Below, piece by piece: positions 52,340 to 64,000 of a stretch of DNA of 64,000 nucleotides; positions within the stretch are counted from its first letter, which is position 1, and every line of letters starts with the position of its first letter. The notes beneath the pieces are model-generated. The model saw only the letters and a program-made list of their open reading frames with translations. It ran no database searches and had not been told where the DNA came from. A program made the translations under genes and the position numbers. The stretch spans positions 332,940,001 through 333,004,000 of the forward strand of contig OZ024741.1 of the NCBI GenBank assembly GCA_964016885.1. Reading direction: 5' to 3'. Source of the stretch: Eledone cirrhosa (Eukaryota).

Positions 52340-53789
52340 GTGTGTGTATATGTATATATATATATATTTGTCTGTGTTTATGTTTGTATCTATGTTTGTG
52401 TTTATGTCCCATAACTTAGGGTTTTGACAAAAAAGGGATCAATAAAATAAGAACGAGATTGAGGTTGGTATGATTAACTGAATTTAAACAGTACCCCAGC
52501 ATGGCCAGTCATACGACTGAGACCATTAGGAGAATAGAACAGAATATACACCATTATTTTCTGAGTTCAAATCCCGCCGAGGTGGACTTTGCCTTTCATC
52601 CTTACGGGGACGATAAAATAAAGTACCAGTAATGCACTGGGTAATTGCTGGCCTTGTGCTAAAAGTAGAAACAATTATTTTCTGTCAACCATATTTTACA
52701 AACAAAAGTCATAGAATGATGGAAATATTAAAAAGAGGTAAAAACAAAATTAAGTAACAAAAAAAGGGGAAGGGGCAAAGAAGGGCAAATCTCACTCCAC
52801 TTCACAATTCACTTTGGAGTCACATGGGCACTGTTTATGCAGCTGTCTTGATCAAATATCTACATAGCATTCAAAATTTCATATTATTTACACACACAGT
52901 TCGCATCCATTCTATAAATAAAAATTCCTTTTACTCTGACCCAATCAAAACAAATGTTTGTCTTATAACCGATGACATTTCTTCATTCAACAGATAATAT
53001 ATTTATAGCTCATTATATTTATTTCATATTTCAAATGTCAGAAAAATATATCTGTTACTGAGTTGTTAATTTTCTTTTCACAAAAAAACTTTGCTCAACA
53101 TTTCAATGTTATTTAGAATATTGATTACTTCAGTTTTGGGCGATATTTTGCAACTGTTTTAGTTCATTATTATCATCATTGTCGTTCTAACATTCACTTT
53201 CTCTACTAGCAAGTGTTAGACGAGTTAACAGAGATAAAATCAGTACTAATCCCCCAGAAAATGCCAAATATATATATATTATATATAAATATTATATATA
53301 TATATTATATATATATTATATATATATTAAACAACAATAGAAGGCTGGACTGGAAAATTTGCTTTAAAATTCTAATTCCGTGAAATCACTATACATATTT
53401 TGATGACCCAGCTCCATCATCCAATTATGATGCAAGACATGATAATAGGGAGAAGAAAATATAAAATTGAAAATTCAATTTGAAGACTGATGCATAAAAT
53501 TTTATATATATATATACACACACACACATATATATATGGGCGGAGGTGGTGAGAGCAGACCTCAGATCACTGAAGCTCACAGAGAAGATGACGAAGGACG
53601 AGACAAGTGGAGAGATGCTGTGCTGAATAGGACCCGTCCCACCATTGCAAGCAGGGAAAAGCAGACGTAAAATGATGATGTTGATGATGAAATATATATA
53701 TATATTTATATAATATACAATGTGTACATAATATTCATATACACATTCTCAAAGTCTCATTACTGTCTCTTTATATATACTATAATATT

Positions 53790-54205
53790 ACATAATATAT
53801 ACATCAACCTGAAGACGTCTTCTTGTGAACATGACCTGGGCATTATTGTCAACAGAGATATACATTGGACAAAGGACATCTCTAAAATTGTCAAAAAGGC
53901 TGAGGATGTCTTAACATCACTTTGTAAGACCTTTGTCAGCTGCTCTCTATTTCTCTATTTAAAGCTGTATATAGCTTTGGTGTATACATACTTAGAATTT
54001 GCATCACCAGTCTGGAAGCCCTATCTTGCACAGAATATTGATCACTTGGAAACTATTGAGAGATGTGCAACCAAACAAATATCCCCCATCAGGCATCTAC
54101 CATACTCTGAATGGCTTGTTTCCCTGGGCATGGATACATTAAAGCTCCAGTGTCTGGCAACTGACTTGGTAGACACCTACAAGATTATTAACCATCTTTC
54201 CAACA
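53790..54205 (+). mobile_element. CR1-group LINE RT C-terminal fragment
   Basis: EHDLGIIV, LYIALV..LEFASPVWKPY, IDHLETIERCATK, LPYSEWL, DLVDTYKII. Confidence 0.8.
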
Positions 54206-55244
54206 CCAATATATATAATATATATATTGGTGTGTGAGGGCATTCATGCCTATATTTATGTAAATTTCTGTATCTGCATTGAAATCCTGTAACTTAGTGG
54301 TTATTAATTATATATGTACCAGAAAGAAAATATAAAAACTGTTGGTTTGATATTATGAATTGGCAGTATCGGTAGAGGGTTGGACGCCATGCTTTCTAGC
54401 ATAGTTACGTCCCTTTACAGTCTGAGTTCAAATCCCGCCGAGGTTAACTTTGCCTTTCATCCTTACGGGGTCGATAAAATAAAGTACCAGTAATGTACTG
54501 GGTAATTGCTGGCCTTGTGCCTAAAGTAGAAACAATTATTGACTAAATCAAAACAGTACCCCAGCATGGCCACAGTTTAATGACTAAAATAAGTAAAACA
54601 ATAAAAGAATACACACACACACACCCACTCCCATACATAACTTTTTCCTTAGAAAAGATTCTAACAAGACATCTTACCAAATGAAGGCAGTGCGTCAACA
54701 TGGCCACAGTCAAATAACTAAAACGAGTAAAAGAAGATACACACATATTCAAATCTATTTCCTTAGAGTGGTGAGCATTAAGAAGAGTATCTAACCAATT
54801 GCTTTACCAAATAAACATGTCCATACAATTTTTACCAGAATGGAAAAAGCATGTTCTTGTTTTGATTGATGTCAACTTTTAATACTTTTCTTTGTTTAGA
54901 CAATGACAACAGTTTCAAGAAATGGTGGGATGGGGATGAGAGAGAGGAGGCCTCTGATTAAGTGGTAAGATCATCTTAGATAAACCCTCTCTCTCTCTCT
55001 CAATATATATATATATATATATATATATCATGTTTAATATAGAAATGACTTCTACAGGACTAGAACTGTTTTATTCAAAACAAATCATCAGGAAAGCCTG
55101 TTTTTTTTTTGAATGAAAGTTCTAGTCTTGTAGGAGCCACTTCTATATTAAACATGATGTTTACACTCTACTAACGTACTGAGAAACTTAATTACCATGG
55201 TTACCCCCGATTGAACCCAACACACACACACATATATATATATA

Positions 55245-56548
55245 TCTGTATATATATAAAATTAAGTATGTGTGTGTGTGTCTGTGTATTACCTATAGGG
55301 GCCTACATCTTACGACCGATTTTCATGAAACTTTTCAGGCTCATAGATTAGTCATCGGGGAGTGTTTTCTATATATCAGCGTATCGTTTTTTTTTATTCC
55401 GGGGTCATTCTGTATACAAAAATCGATATGGGGGGGGGGGGGGGATCAACTTTTTTTAGGTATCGAAAAATAAGTTTTTTGCTCTAGCTCCCACATTTTG
55501 CCACCGATTTCGTTCAAATTTTAAAGCAAAATAGAATTTATCATTGCACATCCTGTAATAGCTTTATATTTTGCATTTGTTGTTCAGGGACGGCGTGGCA
55601 GCCGCCGCTTAAATATTAAAAAATACCACTTTTAGACTCAAATTTCCACTTTTTCGGCTCTAGCTCCCACATTAATCAACCTACTTTGTTCAAATTTTAC
55701 ACTACGCTAGATCTGATTATTTCACGTCTTAAAGTGGCTTTACATTTTGGATTTTTTGTTCAGGAACGGCGTGGCGGCCGCTTAAATATTCGAAAATACT
55801 ACCTTTTCGCTCAAATTTCCGCATTTTCAGCTCTAGTTCCCACATTTTTCAACCGATTTCGTTCAAATTCGAAACTTCGGCTCCACCTCACACATAAATC
55901 CATTTATTTGGTTCGACTTTTATACTACGATAGAACCTATCATTAGCTCCCACATTTTCCAACCGATTTCGTTCAAATTCGAAACTTCAGCTCCACCTCA
56001 CACATAAATCAATTTATTCGGTTCAACTTTTAAACTACGATGGAACCTATCATTGCACATCTTATAGTAGCTTTACACTTTGCATTTTTTGTTCAGGGAC
56101 GGCGACCTATCATTAGCTCCCACATTTTTCAACCGATTTCGTTCAAATTCGAAACTTCGGCTCCACCTCACACATAAATCAATTTATTTGGTTCAACTTT
56201 TATACTACGATAGAACCTATCATTGCGCATCTTATAGATGGTCAAAGGCAAAACGATGGCCACTGACGTGATCTGACCTTTTAGTTGTGTATTTGAGAAT
56301 TCATCGGTTTCCAATCAAGTAGCGTGAGGAAATTTGGCTTAGTGTTAGAGGTCATTACCTCCCCCCCCCAGCGTGCCCCTTCGTCAGTCACCCACGTTTC
56401 TCAGTGATAGAGGTCATCACCACCCTCCTCCACATAGCCTGTGTGTGGCCATAGATAAGTCATCGAGAAGCAGTACCTAAGATCAACACCTTTTCATCAA
56501 AGCAGATATTATTTTACCTACCCAGGCAACACTGGGTACTGCTGCTAG
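55245..56548 (+). mobile_element. Non-autonomous Helitron with internal ~110 bp repeats
   Basis: A|TC start at 55245, CTAG|T end at 56548, subterminal hairpin tacccag-gcaaca-ctgggta (56519-56538), 5' GT/GTCT microsatellite and accgattttcatgaaactt motif, no TSD. Confidence 0.8.
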
Positions 56549-56765
56549 TATATACATAAAACTCATAATGCTTGAATTAACCAGATATTATAATAAATGA
56601 TACTTATCACAGATTCCAAATACTGGGATGGAACGTAGAACCTCTCAATTGGAAAATAAACATTTTAAGCAGCGGACCACTTCTGCATCCAAATAATAAA
56701 CCAATGATATATATATATATGGGTGTGTGTGTGTGCGTGTGTAAACATTAATTGAAAAGGTTTAA

Positions 56766-56986
56766 CCCTTTAGCATTTACATTACTTTATATATACTATT
56801 TTATTTTCATGCTAAAGGCTTTATCTTACAAAATTATCTGACATAATATGGAAACTACTAGATTTTGATGATATTTATTTTGAGAGCAATGTCTTAACAT
56901 AAGTATGAGCAGCCGGTTATGGCTGGTTTGAACAGAAAGAGTCGAGAGAATTCTGGCCGGATATGGCCAGTTTATGTGCTAAAGGG
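56766..56986. mobile_element. TTAA-flanked MITE
   Basis: TTAA|ccctttagca ... tgctaaaggg|TTAA. Confidence 0.8.
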
Positions 56987-57184
56987 TTAAAATGGTGAGT
57001 GTATATGAATTTTCATAAAACTATAGGAATCTCAGTGTGGGTAGCTGAAAACAGCTGATTGCTCTGTGCATAGCAAAAAGTTGGGTTAAGATATAAACAG
57101 ATATTGAGCGGAAGAATAGAGAAAGGGAGTGAATGGAAGAAAGAGTGTCTAAAGCATGAGATGAGAAATGAAAGGGGTACACTT

Positions 57185-57670
57185 CTGATTACCGAATTAT
57201 GAAGCTGTCACATCACTGCACCAGCTCCTGCAATTCTTGCACTTAATTCAGCCTCCTGTCTTCTATCACTCACGAACATGGCCCTGAGATGCTTGAAATT
57301 CTCCACTTGTTTCAGTGAAACTCCATTCACATGTAGAGGCCTTCCTTGAGAGGACGAGTGTCTCAGTTTTCACAGCACTGATTTTCATTTCAGCCATGCA
57401 ACACTTGACATCAAACTTATCAAGTGCTAGTGGGAGATCACCTTCATTTGAGTTAAGTAACATCATGTCCTCTGCAAATTCTAGCCGACTGAATTTTACA
57501 CCTGCCAGTCATAATACCACTTCCACAATCCAGCTGCACATATCAATCCTACTCATGAAAATAATGATTAGGAGAGGTGACAGTACGCACCCTTGGCTGA
57601 GTCGACTCCCACATTGAATAGTTTTGATTTAGTACCATTTATCCGAACACAAATACTTGGACATTAGCAT
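57185..57670 (-). mobile_element. Rex3-like RTE RT fragment
   Basis: Minus-strand QGCVLSPLL, LEFAEDMMLL (FADD-like), MKISAVKTETLVLSRK. Confidence 0.75.
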
Positions 57671-57989
57671 AGATGAGGCAAGTAAAGGCGACCTCTAAAA
57701 TAGCCTAGTCTTTGTGGGTTTAAGAAAGTACCAGATTGATGACTGGTGACAATAAGACCACCAAAACTACAATATGGTGAGAGGTACGAAAAAGAACCAT
57801 ACCACATAGTCCTTCAGTTTTAAAAATGGATACATTCAGACCTTAGGTAGAAGGGCTTGTTTGAAAAATTATTGCAGTTTCCATTTCATGCCATTAAACT
57901 GGCGATGAGCTTGCAAACTGTCCTGGGAGGCATAGGATGGATGCAGAAAGATTGCATATCCTGAGACCAAAAGAAGGTTCAGAAGGGAG

Positions 57990-58375
57990 CAAAACTTGAC
58001 AATTGGTACCTGGAACATAACATCTTTTACAAGTAAGGAGTAGGAACTAGTGGAGGAGACTAGATGTTACTAGCTAGATATAGTCAGGTTTCCTTAACAA
58101 AGTTCCATGACTCTGATACTGTAGATACGAATGGAGGATGGAAACTCCATTAATCAGGTGTGGTTCCAGAAATGACTGCACAGGCAGGTGTGGGGATACT
58201 CACAAGCTACCAGCTGTCAGATTGTGTTATGGACTGGATCCCATTAGGAGGGAAGATTTGTCTCTTGAAGCTTAGGCTGGACGATATGTCTCTGTTAGTG
58301 GTGCAAGTTTATGTATCAAACGTGGTGTCCAAGTACAGATCCTTCTTTGATGAAATCACTGCAGCTGTCCACTGA
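57990..58375 (+). mobile_element. RTE APE-endonuclease fragment
   Basis: IGTWNITS, AQAGVGIL, LLKLRL, VVQVY motifs with in-frame stops. Confidence 0.75.
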
Positions 58376-58614
58376 TCACCATCCAGTTATTTGCAGCTTG
58401 AGACTACCAGATAAATAATGGCTTCTGATTCAGGCACAAAGCCAAGAGTTTTGTGGTGGGCAAAGCCGATTAAATTGATGATTAATAATAAGAATGTTAT
58501 ATTACTAAATCTTGCCATTTTCTTGATTATTTGCAAATTACTACATTAAAATAATAGATTACATTTAATATTATATTTTCAATGCCTTTTATTCATAAAT
58601 TTTATTACTAATAA

Positions 58615-58637
58615 CTGTTTGTTTTGTTTTATTTCAG
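58615..58637 (+). other. Probable 3' splice acceptor opening the protocadherin exon (about 326 nt of 5' UTR before the ATG)
   Basis: U-rich tract ctgtttgttttgttttatttCAG|G ending at 58637. Confidence 0.5.
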
Positions 58638-58963
58638 GAATGTTTAGAATGATGAAAGTAACTGGATGTAAATTCTTCTTCAACATTTCTACAAGTAGAA
58701 TTAAAACATAGTTTGTTTTAATGTACGATATGCTGGTACTAGTATTATAGTACAGTCTCAAGAAGACAACTTAGCAGGATACAATAGCACCAATGTTATT
58801 ATGTAAAGCTCTCTATCTACCAGAAGAAAGATGGCTATGTTTGCAGTGATGTTATGTAACAAACCCCTTTGATACTAATGATATGTAACAGACAACAGGG
58901 CATCAACATAGGATATGTTAGAACTAAAAATATATAACAGTCGGCAAAATAAGAAGAGAGGAT

Positions 58964-61348
58964 ATGTTGGCATTAATATTATTAATTTTTTCCATTACTT
59001 CTTATACGTTTTGTATCGACTTGATTTACCACGTCGAAGAAGAACAGACTTCTGGCACCTATATAGGTAACATTGTGGCTGACAGTAAAATATTTGACTC
59101 TCTGCCCTCCATTGACCATAGATTAATATGGTTCAGTTTAATACAACAAAGATTATCTGATAACTCTCAGTTATTTAATGTCAGTAAAACTGGCAAACTC
59201 TACACCACTCAGTTACTGGATGCTGAATCAATTTGTTCCTATGGAAAACAATGTTTCAAGGTTGTGAAAGTTGCTGTCCGACAATCAAAGATGTTTATGA
59301 AAATACTAAAGCTGAAAATCGTAATTGAAGATATCAATGACCACGCACCAGAATTTAGTGATAAACGAATACATCTACAGTTTTCAGAAGGGGACTGGAA
59401 AGGGATGAAGAAATCTATTCCCAATGCTATTGATAATGATATAACTGTCCACAATTCAGAAATAACTTATGAACTTCAAGAAAACCTAAACAAACCATTT
59501 GCACTGTCAGTATCAAAAAGTGTTGATGGAAATTCAGAATTGGGGATATATTTGAAAGAAATGCTAGACAGGGAAAAACAGGAAGTGTATGAGATTAAAA
59601 TTATTGCAAAAGATGCTGGAAATCCTTCAAAGCAGGGAATTTTAATGGTTCATATATCAGTAAGTGATGTCAATGATAATGCTCCTGTTTTCTCTCAAGA
59701 TATTTATAATATTTCTATTAAAAATGATCAAAGTCTGTTATCTCCAGTTGTTGTTATGTCTGCCAGTGATTTAGATTCTAATGAAAATGGAATGGTTTCC
59801 TATTATTTCAGTTCAAAAACATCAGAAATAGCTAAAAGACATGTTATGTTAAATGAAGAAACAGGTGAAATATTTCTGAAAGAAACTTTTGCCTCAATTG
59901 AAAAGCAAATCATTGAATTATTTGTGAGAGCAAGTGATAGAGGAAAGCCTCCATTAAGTTCAGCTGCTTTGGTTCTAATAAATTTTATTAACCAACAAAA
60001 CAATTACCCAACTATCAATGTGAATTTTGTATCTCCTCTCAGTGAGAGCTCAGCAACTATCTCAGAAGATACAGATGTTGGTAGTTTTATTGCATATGTC
60101 ATGGTGACTGATAATGATCCTGGATCGAATGGAGAAGTGGCATGTGAACTTGAACACAGTAAATTCCAGCTTTTAATGCTGGGATCAAAGGAATACAAGA
60201 TTATCTTGAAAAATCCAGTTGACCGGGAGACAAAAGATCATTATACTATTACGATTATATGTCAAGACAAAGGAAGTCCTCCATTAGAAATTATACAGAA
60301 ATTCTCTATTGAAGTAATGGATGTGAATGATGTTCAGCCAAAATTTACAAAGAATATATTTAAGTTTTTGATCTACGAGAATGAAAAACCTTATTTTCCT
60401 GTTGGTTTTATCAATGCTACAGACTCTGATCTTGGACTTGGAGGTCAGCTGACATTTTCTTTGTTAGCTACTAATAAATATAGACTTCCTTTCCAAATTA
60501 CAAGCTATGGATTTGTATCCACAAATCAATCAGTTGATCATGAATTGCAGAATGTATATAAATTCCAAGTAATGGTTAATGATAATGGTATACCGAAACT
60601 TGAAAATGTTGGTGATGTCATTGTTGAGGTTATTGATCAAAACGATAATGCTCCATATTTTACATTTCCTAGTGTCAATCCATTCGTTCTAGATGTCCAC
60701 TACCACCCACAGAGTAAGAGTGACATCACCACATTAAGAGCCTCTGACAGGGACAGTCATGTGAATGCTTTCCTCAGATATGAAATAGTTGGAGGCAATA
60801 ACAAACAGCTATTTACTGTTAACCCTTATACAGGAGTGTTGTCCTTCTCTCGTACAGTTTATCAAAATGATGCTGGGTCATATGATATAAGACTGGCTGT
60901 CAAAGACAGTGGTACACCAGTTTTGTCAGCTACAACTAAATTGTCTTTGACATTAACTGTTAGCAATACAACTTCAATCTTGTTTACTGGCTCACATTCC
61001 AAATCTGGAAGTATGCTAGATATAAACATTGTGATAATTATTGTTGTTATTGCTGTTGTTGTCTCTATATCTTTAGTAGTATTTATTACAATATGTATAG
61101 TTCGGCACAATAATCAACGAAGTTTAACAAACAGTCCCTCGTTGAATGCATCAGTCCAGCCTTGGAGAGAAATGAGACATTTGATTTCACAAACAAACAA
61201 CCTCGTCATTATAACAAAGAACCCTGATGACATCAAACATAAAAACATGCAGCTAGTAGATTTGGAAAGTCAACTTGTTCCGGAAGTTGAGCTCAACAAA
61301 CAATGGAAGTCTTCAACTCTTAGTAGAGATTTTTCTTCAGCAAGTCAG
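58964..61348 (+). CDS. Protocadherin (cephalopod-type), large exon encoding signal peptide, six cadherin repeats, TM helix and start of cytoplasmic tail; unspliced ORF runs on to stop at 61369
   Basis: 801-aa ORF with hydrophobic N-terminus, linkers DINDHAPEF, DVNDNAPVF, NQQNNYPTI, DVNDVQPKF, DQNDNAPYF, LDAE/LDRE/VDRE/VDHE and AxDxGxP motifs, TM IVIIIVVIAVVVSISLVVFITICIV. CAG|GTAAAT donor at 61348/61349 in phase 0 after Q795. Confidence 0.95.
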
Positions 61349-62186
61349 GTAAATACAGAATCTCTTTGATCTTTGAATTATCTTTATTTCTCTATATATT
61401 CCCCCACCCTCTCTCCCACCATTACCATCCTCTCTTCTACTATTGTCTTTCATGCACAGATTTACATCATTACATTTCATAAGAAATTTACTCTCTTTCA
61501 GTCTTCTTCCAATCAAACTACTGAAATTATCGTTGTTGCTATTATTATTATTACTATGTCTACTTTATGTAAACCCTTGTGGTTAATAAAGAAAACATTA
61601 TTACTATTATTATTATTACTATTATTGTTATTATCATTATTATTATTGTTGTTGTTGTTGTTACTAATATTATTATTATCATTTCATTCTACTAGCTTGC
61701 ATGTTCTCTTTCATCTTTTCTTCATTTCCAGAGTCATTTATTCTCGTTCAATATCTGTATAAATAATTATAAACAGTATCCTACATAGGGCTTGCGTGAT
61801 ACACATTGTGCACTGTGAGATATCAAATACAAGAAAAACCGATACACACAGACACATACATACACACATACATACAAACATATACATACATATATAAACA
61901 TACATACATATATATAAACATACATACCAACAAACATACAGTCATACCTACCTACCTCCATACATATACACATACACACATATGCACATACTTACCTATA
62001 TATATACATGCACACATGCATACATATATACATATATACACACATACGCATATACATTCATATGTACATACATACACATACATACATATACACATACATG
62101 CACACACACATACATACACACATACATGGATACATACATACATATATATGCATACATACATACACACATACATACAAACATGCATG

Positions 62187-62229
<43 letters not shown>

Positions 62230-64000
62230 AGCCTAAGATGGTAAATGATGTGAACAATATACAGTAATTGCTATGATGGTTGTTTATATTTTTTTTATAT
62301 AGTATAATGATTTCTTAAATATTCACAAAGCATTTGATTCATAAGAAGATTAAAAGAGATTGTGAGATATTCATGTTTTTTTTTTTAATTTATTTATTAA
62401 TGGTCTGGTGTTGAGGAAGTCACTGTGTCCATGGTCTCTGCATGAAATCTAAGACCAATGGGGTCACTCTGGTTAAGGTTCTTTTTGATCAATTGTATAT
62501 GAAAGACTGTAAGGAAATAAATGTGAACAATGATATAATTCCAGAGGGAGGAAAAATATTGTGTGAGCGTGAGGAAGAATGGTTAGTGTACTGCCTGGCA
62601 CTGGGTAGATAGACTATGTATAAGAAGAAGAGGTGAGGTGAATAAGATGGTCCTAAAACATTGTGGAAAGGAAGGAATAAGAAGAATGGTTAGTGATGAA
62701 CCTGGTAGTGGTGGGTAGACCCCCTTCAACTTATTCACGGAGAAGAGGAGAGATGAATAGGTTGATGAGGTCATAAGACAAGGTTTATTTTAAAGAAAAT
62801 TTAAAACTACCCAAATGTTTGAGGCAGGTACCATGACTCAGTGTTTTATATTCTTTGAGATGAGAAGCATTTCTAATAGCTATTTTGAACATTTTACCAG
62901 TGCTTTATGTCTTTTAACAATACAATCATTTGCTATGTAAGTGCATGTAGTGTCTGACACAAATGTAAACGTTCTGCACAAAATTAGGTTTAGAATAGCA
63001 CATAATCAGCCATTGAAAATCAGCCTTCACATGGTCACTTCACCCGTTAGAAATAGCAGTCAAACTGTTTTAATTATATCCCTATCCACTTAAATATGGA
63101 AATTATCATAATTCTAATACCCACAAAACCACAACACGGACTCAGCACAGCTAAAATAATACTATTAATAATTGATCACAACATATTAATGACCAGACAT
63201 AAAACTGTTAACTTTTCGTTACCATATTTCGTATGATTTTTATACAAAAAATCGATCAAGAGCTTAAAGGCAAATAACTAACTTTCTCATTATTTATCTA
63301 GTGCTGGAACATAACTTAAAGGTTTTAACATACAAAACAGTTTAGTATGAAAAAGGTTAACAATGTGGAAAGAACAGATCAGAGCAAATCCCATTTTTAA
63401 AATCTAAAGTCTGTCTTGAGCCTGGTGGCTCATCAGACCAGTGTTTCCCTTGATTTTGAGAGTACAAGTATGCCAGTCCACCACAGAATTAAACCCTCAG
63501 ATATTGCTGGTACTCATTTTCAGCTGAGTGTAGTGGAGCAATGTGAAATAAAGGGTTTTGCTCAAGATCACAAACACAACCCAGTCCAGGAATTGAACCT
63601 ATGTCATTATGACTATAAGTCCAACATACTAGGCCATGCATCTCCACCATTTGTTATACAGAAGTCTTATATACAAATATATCCCATTTATATATTGTAA
63701 ATTGATTATTATATGATTATAGAAGATTCTACTCAAACTATGACACTCATATTGTAGTTTGACAAAATCCTTAAATGAAGTGTTTTTAATGACATCAGTG
63801 TGAAAGAAGAATCTGTCTAGAGGAGACACAAGAATCTAAGAATTCTTTTATACATATGGAAAAGAAAGTCCATCCTTAATAGAAAATTACAAAAAGAATT
63901 GGAAAAGCTTTTATTCATCTCAATAACAAGTTGCTCTATCAACAGACATAGAGAAGGAGAATTAAATAAAAGCTGCTATTCTGAAATTTATACTTAAGAC

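Noticed and set aside
61373-61762. Poly-Leu ORF following the protocadherin
   Set aside because: (TTA/TTG)n microsatellite in probable intron, non-ATG start.

Overview
AT-rich, microsatellite-dense animal genomic DNA, most consistent with a coleoid cephalopod (Octopus-like), judged from the protocadherin type and the SINE/LINE repertoire. The only host gene is a protocadherin large exon (CDS from 58964; six cadherin repeats plus TM; probable splice donor after 61348). The preceding ~58 kb is decayed mobile DNA: RTE-clade LINEs, a Penelope-like element (RT + GIY-YIG) with ~280 bp direct terminal repeats, CR1-, Tx1- and R4/Dong-like scraps, two tRNA-derived SINE families, a non-autonomous Helitron and MITEs. 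Nearly all short ORFs in the track are microsatellite artefacts. The main signal not shown by the ORF track is a set of type I hammerhead ribozyme motifs, folded by hand: four canonical, two minimal U3-A8 core variants in the Penelope terminal repeats, and three more divergent ones. All have palindromic or near-palindromic (dimer-type) stem III and sit in or next to (TA)n tracts; two lie back-to-back in a ~435 bp near-perfect palindrome. All family assignments are from motif recognition; no searches or folding programs were run.
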